Below the pieces are notes generated by a model. That model was not told where the DNA came from. It did not search any database and was given only the letters and a program-made list of their open reading frames with translations. The translations under genes and the position numbers were made by a program. DNA of 64,000 nt from Roseibacillus sp. (GTDB lineage: Bacteria > Verrucomicrobiota > Verrucomicrobiia > Verrucomicrobiales > Akkermansiaceae). The stretch spans positions 224,001-288,000 of the forward strand of contig CBDEUM010000038.1 in NCBI GenBank assembly GCA_965242925.1. The letters are read 5' to 3'. Each line of letters begins with the position of its first letter. Position 1 is the first letter of the stretch. Shown here piece by piece: positions 49,606 through 59,869 of the stretch.

Positions 49606-49630
49606 TCCGGGATCGAGCAGTCCTGTGCCC

Positions 49631-51031
49631 CTACCTCTCTACCGTTTCATAGTCACCTCCCAGGGCGAGGTGGAGATCGAAGCGGTTCTGGAGGCGTTGG
49701 TTTCGCAACCGGATCAGGGTGCCGCGGGCATTGACGGCCCGGCGCTGGGATTCGAGAATTTCGAGGACACTGGACCCTTCGATGCCGAGACCGAGATCCC
49801 GTTCTGCGGCGGCCTGGGCCTTGCTGGCCTGATCGACCTCGACGAGTAGAAACCTTTCCTGTTCCCGGAGCGAGTGATCGATCTGCAAGGCAGATTCAAC
49901 TTCCCGGAACGCCTGGAGCACACTCTGGGTATAATCGTGTATTACGGACCTGTTGCGGTCGAGGGCAGCCCGTGCCTGGGCACTGGGGGCGCCTCCCTGG
50001 TAGACGGTTTGGGTCAGAGATGATGCGATTGACCAGGTGAGGTAAGCGGGATCGAGAGCCAGGCGAAGTTGCTCAGATCCGGTCCGCCCTGACCCGGTGA
50101 GAGGGAAGGAGGGGAGGAGGTCCTTGCGGGCGGCATCGGCACGCCGGGCCGATGCGTGAATTCGGGAGCGTCCTGCCGTGAGGTCCGGGCGACGGGCCAG
50201 TAATTCCGAGGGAAGACCGACGGGAACCTGTCGTTTGAGATTCGGCAGGTCGGAGGTAGCCTTCAGTTCTCCCGACGGATAGCGCCCGAGAAGGAGTTGC
50301 AGTGCCCGTGCGGCTTCGTTGCGTCGCAGGACCTGACTACGCAGGTTGCGTTCTGCACTTGCCACGTTGTTGCGACCAAACTGGACATCCACGGCCCGTA
50401 GAAGAGCTTCGCGATGGCGTCGGCTGATGAGCGAGAGGCTCTTCTTGAAGTCGGCGAGAGTTTGTTCGGCCAGTTCCACCTGTTGCTGGGCTTCCGTCAG
50501 GTTGACCCATGCCTTGGCGGTGTTGATCGCGAGAGACAGCTGCGCAGAGCGGTAGTCAGCGAGCGCAGCCTCGTAATCGGCCCGGGTGGCGTAATCGAGA
50601 TCGCGGAGGCGACCCCAGACGTCTATTTCCCAACTGGTTGCGAAGGAGAGCCCGTAGGAACCGTTGGAGATTCCCGGGGAGGGGCCAAGTCCGGCGTGGC
50701 TCCGGGAAGTCGTGCCGTTAGCACTGATGCGTGGAAGCCGGGCCGCTCTTGCGGAGATGGTGCTCTCGCGCGTGGAACGTAGCCGGTAAGCGGCGGACTG
50801 CAGGTTGTTGTTCCTCCGAACAGCCTCCCGTACCAGGTTGCTCATGCGGTGGTCCTGGAACTCGGCGAGCCAGCCCGTGGAGATTTTCTCATGTTGTCCG
50901 GTGGAGGCCTCTTTCCAGAGGGAGGGAAGATCGATGGCAGCCTCCCCGGCGGGACGTCTGCCATTCTCCTGTAGTGTGCAACTCGCAAGGAGCAGGACAT
51001 TGGGAGAGAGAAGAAGTAAGAGGCGTCGCAC
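49631..51031 (-). CDS. Outer membrane efflux lipoprotein (NodT/TolC family)
   Basis: Lipobox LASC; SWEIDVWG; PSELLARRPDL; AFREVE; LHLALGG. Confidence 0.93.
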   Translation of the reverse strand: MRRLLLLLSPNVLLLASCTLQENGRRPAGEAAIDLPSLWKEASTGQHEKISTGWLAEFQDHRMSNLVREAVRRNNNLQSAAYRLRSTRESTISARAARLPRISANGTTSRSHAGLGPSPGISNGSYGLSFATSWEIDVWGRLRDLDYATRADYEAALADYRSAQLSLAINTAKAWVNLTEAQQQVELAEQTLADFKKSLSLISRRHREALLRAVDVQFGRNNVASAERNLRSQVLRRNEAARALQLLLGRYPSGELKATSDLPNLKRQVPVGLPSELLARRPDLTAGRSRIHASARRADAARKDLLPSFPLTGSGRTGSEQLRLALDPAYLTWSIASSLTQTVYQGGAPSAQARAALDRNRSVIHDYTQSVLQAFREVESALQIDHSLREQERFLLVEVDQASKAQAAAERDLGLGIEGSSVLEILESQRRAVNARGTLIRLRNQRLQNRFDLHLALGGDYETVER

Positions 51032-51396
51032 GGCGGGAATCTTGGGGCTGAATCAGAGGGATTCAAGGTGTTCCGCAGGTTCCGGCAGTGACCGTAATAT
51101 GCGCGGAAAGATTCACTGTTTCTTTCATAAGGAGAATACCTTGGATTTGAAGCGCTTGGGACTTGTTTAGCTCGCTTACTCAATTAGAATTCCTTCGATC
51201 CGATGCCCCCCCGGAATCGGGGCGAATCGGAGCATTTCCCCCTAATCATCTTCAGCTCTGTCTATTGCAGCAATCAGCTAATCACTTGGATTCCACTCCC
51301 TAAACGTGTGCGCGAGTTTGATTTTGATTCAAGAAACGCTAGATTGACTTTTAGTTCAACTTATCCCCTTTCCTTGCAACTTAGCTAACGGTTCTA

Positions 51397-52242
51397 ATGG
51401 CTGAAGACGTCGATGGCCATTCCACTTCCTTCGCCTCGACAGGGAGGGTGGATCGTTGGTGGGTGGAACCTTTGGTAACGGGAGCCGGTTTTCTTGGCTT
51501 CGTCGTTTACACCACCTGGGCCATGTTTCAAGCAGGTCATTATTGGTCTGATGCCTACCTGTCTCCTCTGTATTCGCCATTGTTTTTCATTGATGAATCG
51601 CTCGAACATCAAGCCCCTTTACATCATGCTTGGTTGGGGGCATGGCCGACGGGATGGAATTGGTGGCCCGATTGGCTGCCAAAATCCCCTGCGATTTTCA
51701 TTCTCGCTGGCCCCCTGGCTTTTCGAATGACCTGTTATTACTACCGCAAGTTCTACTATCGCTCGTATTTTGCATCGCCACCAGCTTGCGCCGTAACTTC
51801 TCTCCCGCAGAAGAAATACAAGGGGGAAACTGCCCTGTTTGTATTTCAGAACATACACCGCTACACCCTGTACATCGCCATAGGCTACATCGTTATCCTG
51901 TCGTATGATGCCTTGATGTCCTTCTTCAAAGGTGGAGACATAATCAATGGTGAGTTCGGAGTGGGAGTGGGCAGCCTTGTTCTTTGCATGAACGTCGTTT
52001 TGCTGAGTGGATATACCTTTGGGTGCCATGCTTTCCGTCATTTGGTGGGTGGTCGCGGCGATTGCTTTAGTTGCTCCGCGGGCAAGGAGCACTTGGGTCA
52101 CAAGGCATGGAAGCAGGTTAGCCGGTTCAATTCCCGTCACATGATGTGGGCCTGGATCAGCATGATCTGGGTGGGGTTCACCGATTTTTACATCCGCATG
52201 GTCTCCATGGGAGTTTTCACTGACTACAACACGTGGAACTGA
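51397..52242 (+). CDS. Succinate dehydrogenase membrane anchor, Rv0249c/SdhF-like
   Basis: YLSPLYSP; FRMTCYYYRK; PPACAV; QNIHRY; GCHAFRH; HMMWAW; first gene of the sdh operon. Confidence 0.8.
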   Translation: MAEDVDGHSTSFASTGRVDRWWVEPLVTGAGFLGFVVYTTWAMFQAGHYWSDAYLSPLYSPLFFIDESLEHQAPLHHAWLGAWPTGWNWWPDWLPKSPAIFILAGPLAFRMTCYYYRKFYYRSYFASPPACAVTSLPQKKYKGETALFVFQNIHRYTLYIAIGYIVILSYDALMSFFKGGDIINGEFGVGVGSLVLCMNVVLLSGYTFGCHAFRHLVGGRGDCFSCSAGKEHLGHKAWKQVSRFNSRHMMWAWISMIWVGFTDFYIRMVSMGVFTDYNTWN

Positions 52243-52246
52243 TTCG

Positions 52247-54082
52247 ATGAGTGTTTCCGAACTGCAGACAATCGAGCACGATGTGCTGGTGGTGGGAGCG
52301 GGGGGAGCGGGCATTCGCGCGGCCATCGAGTCCGCTTCCCAGGGATTGAGTACGGGGTTGCTCTCAAAGTCCTTGCTGGGCAAGGCGCACACCGTGATGG
52401 CAGAGGGCGGGATAGCGGCCGCTTTGGGCAACGTCGATTCCCGGGACAATTGGAAAATTCACTTTCGTGACACGATGCGTGGAGGCAAGTTCCTCAACCA
52501 GTGGCGAATGGCCCAGTTACACGCCGAGCAAGCACCTGATCGCGTGCGTGAACTGGAGGAGTGGGGGGCGGTCTTTGATCGAACCGAGGATGGACTTATC
52601 AACCAGCGCAACTTCGGCGGCCATCGCTATCCACGGTTGGCCCACGTGGGAGATCGCACGGGCTTGGAAATCATCCGGACATTGCAGGATTTCTGCATTC
52701 ACAAGGGAATCGCCACCCATATGGAATGCACAGCTCTGGACCTCTTGCTGGATGATGATGGCAAGGTGGCTGGGTTGTTGGCGTACTGGAGGGAGACCGG
52801 TCGCTTTGTTCTCTTTCGGGCCAAGGCCGTGGTTTTGGCTACCGGTGGTGGCGGGAAGGCTTGGCGTGTGACTTCCAACTCCTGGGAGTATACCGGAGAC
52901 GGACTGGGCATGGCCTATCGGGCCGGGGCCGAGATGATCGACATGGAGTTCACGCAATTCCATCCCACTGGCATGGTCTGGCCTCCTTCGGTGCGCGGCA
53001 TTCTCGTAACCGAAGGAGTTCGTGGCGACGGGGGCATTTTGCTCAACAACAAGAACGAGCGTTTCATGTTCGATTATATTCCGGAGCGGTTTGCTCCGGA
53101 GACGGCCGACACCGAGGAGGAAGCCCAACGATGGCTGGATGGTGACCGGGACGCTCGACGACCGCCCGAGTTGCTGACCCGCGACGTGGTGGCCCGGGCT
53201 ATTACCCGCGAAGTTAAGGAGGGCAGGGGATCCCCGAACGGGGGAGTGTTCCTCGACATTGCATCTCGCCGACCGGCCGACTTCATCAAACGCAAGTTGC
53301 CTTCGATGTATCATCAGTTCAAGGAATTGGCTGAAATCGACATCACCGAGGAACCCATGGAGGTGGGGCCTACCCTGCACTATTTCATGGGGGGCATCCG
53401 GGTGGACGATGATTCACAGGAGACCTGCGTCCCGGGCCTTTTTGCTTCAGGTGAATGCGCGGGTGGGATGCATGGAGCCAATCGCCTGGGGGGCAATTCT
53501 CTGTCCGACCTTCTCGTTTTCGGCAAATTGTCCGGAGACGGCGCTATCGATTATGCCAATAAAATGGATTCCCTTCCAGAGGTGGACGAGGATCGTGTGC
53601 AGGAACTGATGAGAGCGGCAACCGCTCCGCTCAATCGGGAGGAAGGCTCCAATCCCTACCTGATCCAGGAGAAGCTGCAGCAAATGATGCAGCGTTGTGT
53701 CGGCATTGTGCGCAATGCGGAGGATTTGCAGAATGGCTTGGAGGAATTGGAAGAACTTCGCGAGGAGGCGAAAACCGTCAAGGCCCATGCTTCAGCCCAG
53801 TACAATCCGGGGTGGAACGTTGCCCTGGATCTTCCCAATCTGATCATCACCGCCGAGGCGGTCACTCGGGCTGCCCTTGTCCGGGAAGAAAGCCGGGGAG
53901 CGCATACGCGCACCGATTTCGAGGGCGAGCGTGATGAATGGTTGCAGTACAACGTTATCTTGAGCGCTGGCGAAGACGGTCGTCTGGCGGCTAAAAAGGA
54001 AAAACGAGCTGATCCACCGGAAGACTTGGCGGCCATCGCCAATGCTACCTTGGAGGAGTTGGAGGCAGACAACGATGAGTGA
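52247..54082 (+). CDS. sdhA: Succinate dehydrogenase/fumarate reductase flavoprotein subunit
   Basis: GAGGAG; AHTVMAEGG; QFHPT; HYFMGG; HGANRLGGNSL; ESRGAH. Confidence 0.95.
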   Translation: MSVSELQTIEHDVLVVGAGGAGIRAAIESASQGLSTGLLSKSLLGKAHTVMAEGGIAAALGNVDSRDNWKIHFRDTMRGGKFLNQWRMAQLHAEQAPDRVRELEEWGAVFDRTEDGLINQRNFGGHRYPRLAHVGDRTGLEIIRTLQDFCIHKGIATHMECTALDLLLDDDGKVAGLLAYWRETGRFVLFRAKAVVLATGGGGKAWRVTSNSWEYTGDGLGMAYRAGAEMIDMEFTQFHPTGMVWPPSVRGILVTEGVRGDGGILLNNKNERFMFDYIPERFAPETADTEEEAQRWLDGDRDARRPPELLTRDVVARAITREVKEGRGSPNGGVFLDIASRRPADFIKRKLPSMYHQFKELAEIDITEEPMEVGPTLHYFMGGIRVDDDSQETCVPGLFASGECAGGMHGANRLGGNSLSDLLVFGKLSGDGAIDYANKMDSLPEVDEDRVQELMRAATAPLNREEGSNPYLIQEKLQQMMQRCVGIVRNAEDLQNGLEELEELREEAKTVKAHASAQYNPGWNVALDLPNLIITAEAVTRAALVREESRGAHTRTDFEGERDEWLQYNVILSAGEDGRLAAKKEKRADPPEDLAAIANATLEELEADNDE

Positions 54083-54851
54083 GCGTATTTTTAAAGTTTG
54101 GCGGGGCGATGCCGAAGGTGGTGAGTTCAAGGACTATGCCGTTGAGCTGGATCGCGGAATGGTGGTTCTCGATGCCCTCCACTTAATCCAGGCTCAGCAT
54201 GCAGGCGACCTCGCTGTTCGCTGGAACTGCAAGGCCGGAAAATGCGGCTCCTGTAGCATGGAAATAAACGGGCGTCCGCGTCTCAGCTGTATGACGCGTA
54301 TCAATGAATTCGGACCTGACGAAATGATCACGGTGCGGCCCATGAAGACCTTCCCCGTAATCAAGGATCTGGTCACTGACGTCTCTTGGAATTTCGAGCA
54401 GAACAAGCGGATCAAGCCTTTTAAGCCCAAAGAGAAGGATGCCGACGGCAATTACCGCATGAGGCAGCGCGACGTGGAACGAGTGCAGGAGTTTCGCAAA
54501 TGCATAGAATGCTACCTTTGCCAGAACGTCTGCCACGTTTTACGCGACCATGACCGTAAGGACGCTTTTGTCGGACCTCGTTTAATGATTCGCGTGGCCT
54601 CTCTCGAAATGCATCCCCTGGACGTCGAGGATCGCGTTCCTGAGACTCGCGATGAATTTGGCTCCGGGATGTGCAACATCACCCGATGTTGTACCGATGT
54701 CTGTCCCGAGCACATTCAGATTACCGATAACGGCATTATTCCAATGAAGGAACGTATTGTCGATCGCTACTACGACCCTCTCCTCTGGTTGCTCCGCAAG
54801 ATAAGGGGTTCAGGAAAGAAGAAGAAGGCTTCCGCTGAGGCCGAGGACTGA
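54075..54851 (+). CDS. sdhB: Succinate dehydrogenase/fumarate reductase Fe-S subunit
   Basis: CKAGKCGSC..C; CIECYLCQNVC; CNITRCCTDVCP. Confidence 0.95.
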   Translation: MSERIFKVWRGDAEGGEFKDYAVELDRGMVVLDALHLIQAQHAGDLAVRWNCKAGKCGSCSMEINGRPRLSCMTRINEFGPDEMITVRPMKTFPVIKDLVTDVSWNFEQNKRIKPFKPKEKDADGNYRMRQRDVERVQEFRKCIECYLCQNVCHVLRDHDRKDAFVGPRLMIRVASLEMHPLDVEDRVPETRDEFGSGMCNITRCCTDVCPEHIQITDNGIIPMKERIVDRYYDPLLWLLRKIRGSGKKKKASAEAED

Positions 54852-54967
54852 GAATCCACAGGCCAGGAGTTCACGCGCTGGCGTTTCCTTCAAGGGATTG
54901 CTTCGCGAAAGGAGGAAGGCCCTTCCAAATCGGGAAGGTGCGGGCCGGGGGGGTATGGCCTCCGCCG

Positions 54968-56383
54968 TTATTGCTCATTCCCTTCCTTGGGCGGAGGAAC
55001 CGGGATGGGGGGAGTGGTGGCGCTGGGGCGCGGAGGAATGGCGACCGGCGGAGAGACCGCGGTAGCTGAGGGTTTGGTGCCCGCTGCGGTTGGATCCGCA
55101 TTTTCCTCAGGCTTCTCCTTCTTCTTTACGATTTCGTCACGGCCCTTATCCAGACTGCTGATGGCAAAATTAGCGAACTCATAAACACGGGTGGAGAACA
55201 CCTGTTCCAGTTCGAGCTTATACTCCAGGTTCTCCCGATTGGCTTTGAAGAGTTTCTCGGCGTTTTCAGCGTCCTCAGGGGTCTCGCCCTCCTTCTTAGC
55301 CCTCTCCTTGAGGAAGTTGGCCTCGACTTTTACGGTTCCAATATAATTGGAGGAAGGGGGGGGAGGGGCGTCATCGTCATCTCCGGCTTTTTCTTCCTTC
55401 ACGGGAGCAAACTCGAAGGTGTAGCTGAAACCGTCGAAGGTCGTGATGACTGCCTTACGGGACTTGGAGGTGTCCTGCTTCTGCTCAGCTTCCTCCGGAT
55501 CGAGGACATCCTCGAAACGGAGTTTGTCGAAGAGAGACTTGAAGGGGCCGGTTCCGGCGGTGTCCATTTCCTCGTCCTCCTTGAGGCCACCGGTGGAGAA
55601 GTCGCTATTCTCGTCGGCCCGGGTGGCTGTCCAGCCCTTGAACTCCTTGTCATTGGGAGCGCTGAGAGAGAGGCTCTTGATCTTCTTCACCTCGATGAAC
55701 TTGTAGGACAGCCAGGAGGCGGGACTGGAGAGTTGTCCACGACGCTTGTCCGTGTTCTTGGACTCCGCATCGCCGGTTGAGCGGTTGAGGGTTCCAAGGG
55801 CCTTCCAGATGCCCTGAGCTTCAGGGCGTCCTGCGGAACTGCGGACCACGAATCCTCGCGGGGCCCGGGAGGCCACCTCTCCGAATTCTTCTCCCAGGAT
55901 GACGTCTACCAGTTTGTTTTCGTCCTTCCCGGTTACGGAGATCTGTAGTCCCCGGGGATCTTCGGGGTTGTCATCCCCCGCCCCTTTCCTCTCCTCCTGA
56001 TAGGCTTCAGCCTGCTCCTTGTCCTCGGGAGAGAGGAGACCGATCTGGCTGTAGTGCTCCTCTTTGGCGCGAACCTCCAGGCCGATCTTGAACTGGACGA
56101 GGGACTTGAGAAGCTGCTGCACCTCTTTGGGGTTGTCGATGGGATAGTCCTGGCGGTTGGCCACGACCCAGTCGGCCTCCTTCTTCCTGAGGACCACTTC
56201 ATTTTCGGAGTCCTTGATCCGGATTTCCTCCACGTCGTCCTCGCTGAAGGATTTTACGAGGTATTCCCCGATCTGTTCATTGTTAGGACTGAACCGCTCG
56301 GGCGTGTTGAGAAGCATGACCGTGGCCATGATTGTACTGATGGCGGTGACTCCGATCAGAAAAAGAAGGTGTGTGTTCTTCAT
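54968..56383 (-). CDS. DUF4340-like protein
   Basis: N-terminal TM; 'VEEIRI..VVL.KKE..WVV...YP' pattern; last gene of a Gld-like ABC operon. Confidence 0.65.
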   Translation of the reverse strand: MKNTHLLFLIGVTAISTIMATVMLLNTPERFSPNNEQIGEYLVKSFSEDDVEEIRIKDSENEVVLRKKEADWVVANRQDYPIDNPKEVQQLLKSLVQFKIGLEVRAKEEHYSQIGLLSPEDKEQAEAYQEERKGAGDDNPEDPRGLQISVTGKDENKLVDVILGEEFGEVASRAPRGFVVRSSAGRPEAQGIWKALGTLNRSTGDAESKNTDKRRGQLSSPASWLSYKFIEVKKIKSLSLSAPNDKEFKGWTATRADENSDFSTGGLKEDEEMDTAGTGPFKSLFDKLRFEDVLDPEEAEQKQDTSKSRKAVITTFDGFSYTFEFAPVKEEKAGDDDDAPPPPSSNYIGTVKVEANFLKERAKKEGETPEDAENAEKLFKANRENLEYKLELEQVFSTRVYEFANFAISSLDKGRDEIVKKKEKPEENADPTAAGTKPSATAVSPPVAIPPRPSATTPPIPVPPPKEGNEQ

Positions 56384-59004
56384 TTCGCTGCCGTTTTGAA
56401 TTTACGGGTGATGCCCACTAAAAGTCCGATGATGATGACGAGGGTGGGAGTGAGCAGCATGTTGGTCCATTCGTAGCTATTGATGGCGGCCTGGATCTCG
56501 GCGCGCTGCTGGCGGCTGATCTTGTTTTCATCGCGCTGGAGGTCGCGGATCTTCGTCTCGATCTCCTGGGCCTTCTCGATGCTCTCTTCGCTCTGGCCGA
56601 TGACCATGAGACCGCCACCGATATCGCGGCCCTCCTGTCCCTCTTCCAGGGTTCTGCGGGCTTCTTCAATGGCGGCCTGGATCTTCTGACGCGGCCCCGC
56701 GGCTCGTTCGGCGGCCTTTTCGCGGATGTCGTTGATCACGGTGAAGCTGCGACTGGTGGAATCACGGCCGCGGATATTCAGGAGGTCCTGATCTCCGGCG
56801 AGGTTTTCGACTAGGTTCATGATGAAGTCGACATTGTTGTTGTCACGCGCAGCTCCCCGCTCGGCATCGCCCATGAAGTAGTCGAAAAGCATGTCGACGT
56901 CGGAGATGATGGCCATCACCCCGTCCTCCGTGCCTTCAAGTTGATGGTGGTCCTCTTCCTCGGGTGGGGTGGCGACCTCTTCCTCCGAGGCCGGGGAGGC
57001 CTCAGGGGCCGGCTCTGCCTTCACCTCGGGCTCAGGATTGGCGGCTGGTGCTGGTTTTTCCTCAGCCGGAGCGGGTTCCGGCGTGTCCGGAGGAGAAGCG
57101 GGGGCCTCTTCCTCTGGCTTGGCCTCAGGGGAGGGAGCTTCTCCTTCGGTTTGTCCACAGCCCTCTGGCTCTGAGGCGGGTTCCGGGGCCGGGGCCGGGG
57201 CCGGGGCAGGGGCCGGGGCCGGGGCAGGGGCAGGGGCAGGGGCAGGGGCAGGGGCAGGGGCAGGGGCAGGGGCAGGGGCAGGGGCAGGTTGGGGAGTGTT
57301 GGTGGAATCGGGAGCGCCTTCCGGCAGGAGCGGAGCGTTTACGGGAGGGGTGCTCAGGGCTGGGCTGATAGGCGCGGGAGGAGCTTCTGCTGCAGGATCG
57401 GGCTTGGTGGGATCCTCCTGGTAGGCGGATTTAAATTTTCCCTCGAGGATCACAGCCACGGGATAGCGGTCCGTTTTGAAGTTCGCGGACTGGAAGTTGG
57501 AAGTGACCTGTTCCTGACGGGCGCCCTGACCAAGAAGGATGTGGGCCGCGTCGCCCGGCACGGACTTGGCGCGGTTTGAGGTGCTTACGAGGGTGCGCAT
57601 CTTGAGGCCGGTCCTGGGCTTGCCCACGATGGGGGAGGGGTCCACCATCTGGATCGCAGAGAGATCACGGGTGACGGGATGGTCGGCGGTCAGAGCCTCG
57701 TTCTCGAACTTGGCCATGAGGCCGTTTCCACGGAAGAGCGGTTGGGTGATCATCTGCTGGTCCTGGCGGCTCGGGATCTGCCCAAGGAGACGATTGAGGC
57801 GGAATTCGCGCTGCAGCATCTGATTCAGCGGGCGCTCAAACATGACCGGACGGGAGTACTTCGGGTCATAGAGCATGGGTTGGTCCGTGCCTCCGAGGGT
57901 GACGCCCCAGGTGGAGGTGAGATCATCGAGTCCGGAGCGGTAGTGAGCCCATCCGCTGGTCTCAAAGAGATTGTAGAGATCCTTGTACCACTGAGGATGA
58001 CGGTCCTGCGGGGTCATGGGCAACTTGGCGGAATAGATATCAAAGAACCGTGAGACGAAATGCTGGTTGTCAAGGAAGGCGATGGCCTTCCCGCCATTCA
58101 CCAGATACTGGTCGATCGCATACTGCGTTTCCTTGGAGAGGAGTTCCAGGGTGGTATTGCCCATGGGCGGCATCCCCGGTTGAGGCGACTGGGGCCGGTT
58201 GATCTTGACGGGGTGGACGATGAGGAGGAGATCGAGGCTTGCGAAGGGGTGATCCGTGTCATCGGGTTTCATGGGCCCCACGTCGAAGGGGACGTTGACG
58301 ATCTCGAAATCCCGGGCGAGGTGACGGTAGATTACCGAGGGGGGGCGTCCGGGTGCTCCCATCATTCCCTGTGAACCTCCCAGAGCCATCTCGGTGCCTT
58401 CCAGCAGGCCGATCCTGCGTTTCGATGTGCGGGTGACCGAACTGATGGCCCGGGAGAGCTGGTATTCCAGTTTCTTCTCCAGTTCAGGGTTGAGGAAGGA
58501 AATGGCCTCGATTTTTTCCAAGCTGCTCACGGACAGGCCGAAGTAATACGGCTGACTGGCCCGCTGGTTGTAGTCGTAGTCGTCGAGGTTGGAGCTTTGC
58601 GGCATGTCCATGCGGGGATCACGCTGCTGGATGCCGTCGAGTTCGGCCGCGTCCTGCGCCTCGGAGTTGGGCTTCGGCTCGAAGGCCTGCACCAAGATGG
58701 CTCCGCCGGAGGCCTTGGAGTATTCCTCAAGGAGGTCCTTCACGCGCTTGGAGTAGTCGACGTACTTCTTGGGCAGTTGCACATCATCGGGGTCGCTCAT
58801 GTAAAACCGGACCGTCACCTCCCGTCCGGAGTCCTTGGCCTTCTGGAGGATGGAACGGGTTCCCTCGGTAAGGGTGTAGACATTGCCTTCGGTAGTGTCC
58901 CACCGGGCGGTGGCCACCCGCTTGGCGATCACGTTCAGGGAGGCCACCAACAGGCAGAGGAGGAGGACAACACCCAAGGTCTTCCATCTATCTAATGCTT
59001 TCAT
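56380..59004 (-). CDS. GldG-like ABC transporter auxiliary component with a Pro/Ala-rich insert
   Basis: RWDTTEGNVYTLTEGT; LEYQLSRAI; IDQYLVNGG; NVDFIMNLVE.L...LLNIR; N- and C-terminal TM. Confidence 0.85.
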   Translation of the reverse strand: MKALDRWKTLGVVLLLCLLVASLNVIAKRVATARWDTTEGNVYTLTEGTRSILQKAKDSGREVTVRFYMSDPDDVQLPKKYVDYSKRVKDLLEEYSKASGGAILVQAFEPKPNSEAQDAAELDGIQQRDPRMDMPQSSNLDDYDYNQRASQPYYFGLSVSSLEKIEAISFLNPELEKKLEYQLSRAISSVTRTSKRRIGLLEGTEMALGGSQGMMGAPGRPPSVIYRHLARDFEIVNVPFDVGPMKPDDTDHPFASLDLLLIVHPVKINRPQSPQPGMPPMGNTTLELLSKETQYAIDQYLVNGGKAIAFLDNQHFVSRFFDIYSAKLPMTPQDRHPQWYKDLYNLFETSGWAHYRSGLDDLTSTWGVTLGGTDQPMLYDPKYSRPVMFERPLNQMLQREFRLNRLLGQIPSRQDQQMITQPLFRGNGLMAKFENEALTADHPVTRDLSAIQMVDPSPIVGKPRTGLKMRTLVSTSNRAKSVPGDAAHILLGQGARQEQVTSNFQSANFKTDRYPVAVILEGKFKSAYQEDPTKPDPAAEAPPAPISPALSTPPVNAPLLPEGAPDSTNTPQPAPAPAPAPAPAPAPAPAPAPAPAPAPAPAPAPAPEPASEPEGCGQTEGEAPSPEAKPEEEAPASPPDTPEPAPAEEKPAPAANPEPEVKAEPAPEASPASEEEVATPPEEEDHHQLEGTEDGVMAIISDVDMLFDYFMGDAERGAARDNNNVDFIMNLVENLAGDQDLLNIRGRDSTSRSFTVINDIREKAAERAAGPRQKIQAAIEEARRTLEEGQEGRDIGGGLMVIGQSEESIEKAQEIETKIRDLQRDENKISRQQRAEIQAAINSYEWTNMLLTPTLVIIIGLLVGITRKFKTAAK
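57185..57286. repeat. Tandem hexamer repeat (GGGGCA/GGGGCC) x17 encoding (Pro-Ala)n
   Basis: Counted directly; the last 11 units are identical GGGGCA. Confidence 0.95.
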
Positions 59005-59028
59005 GTCGACAGAGATATCGTTCGGAGT

Positions 59029-59844
59029 TCAGGCTCTCTTGTTCTGGAGGACAGTGTTGGTGATAAAGAGACAGAGCGCGATGACGCTTACGAAGTAAAA
59101 GAGGTAGCGGAGTTCGATCAGGCCCTTGGAAAAATCCACGAAGGCGGGCATCACGCTGATGGAAGCGAGGAGTTCGCCAATGAAGGAGAGGAAGCGGAGG
59201 CCACTGTCCGCGAAAAAGTCCTGCACCGGGTCGAAGCCGATAATGCAGAGCATCAGGCAGAGGGGAATGGAGACCGCCACACAGATGACCTGGCTGCGGG
59301 TGAGGGCAGAGACCGCGATGGTGACCGCGATGAAGGTGGCGCCCACGAAGAGGCTGCCAAGGTAACCCGAGATGATGGGGCCGTGATCCGGATCGCCCAG
59401 GATGGAAACGCTGATCCAGACCGAAGCAGTGAAGAAAAGGGATGCGAAGAGAAGCACAAAGCTGCCCAGGAATTTCCCGAACACCAGTTCGATGGTTCGT
59501 ACCGGCATGGTGGAGATGAGTTCGATGGTTCCCTGCCGGTGTTCGTCGGAGAGCGTGCGCATGGCGAGGAGGGGGGCATAGAAGGCCAGAACCCAGGGAT
59601 GGTAGAAGAAGAAGAAGTCCTTCAGGGCGGCTTGTTCGCTCTCAATCAGTTCCCGACCGGGCCAGAGAAAGGTGAGGGCGTTGATAGCGACCAGGAAGAT
59701 GAATATCAGCACGTAGGCCAGCGGCGAGGTGAAGAAGGACGTCGCCTCCCGGCAGAAGATGGCCCGGATGTTACTGACGAGAAGAGGCCCCCCGATCAGG
59801 ACGGCTGCGAGAACGAGGATGGCGAGGATTCCGAATGCAGACAT
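59029..59844 (-). CDS. ABC-2 type permease (GldF-like)
   Basis: FFTSPLAY; MRTLSDEHRQGTIEL; GKFLG; SALTRSQ. Confidence 0.9.
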   Translation of the reverse strand: MSAFGILAILVLAAVLIGGPLLVSNIRAIFCREATSFFTSPLAYVLIFIFLVAINALTFLWPGRELIESEQAALKDFFFFYHPWVLAFYAPLLAMRTLSDEHRQGTIELISTMPVRTIELVFGKFLGSFVLLFASLFFTASVWISVSILGDPDHGPIISGYLGSLFVGATFIAVTIAVSALTRSQVICVAVSIPLCLMLCIIGFDPVQDFFADSGLRFLSFIGELLASISVMPAFVDFSKGLIELRYLFYFVSVIALCLFITNTVLQNKRA

Positions 59845-59869
59845 AACAGCGGAAAGATAAGTGGTTCGT

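Noticed and set aside
56964..57424. (GQ)n/(GP)n and (GA)n collagen- or silk-like ORFs
   Set aside because: Antisense readings of the Pro-Ala hexamer repeat
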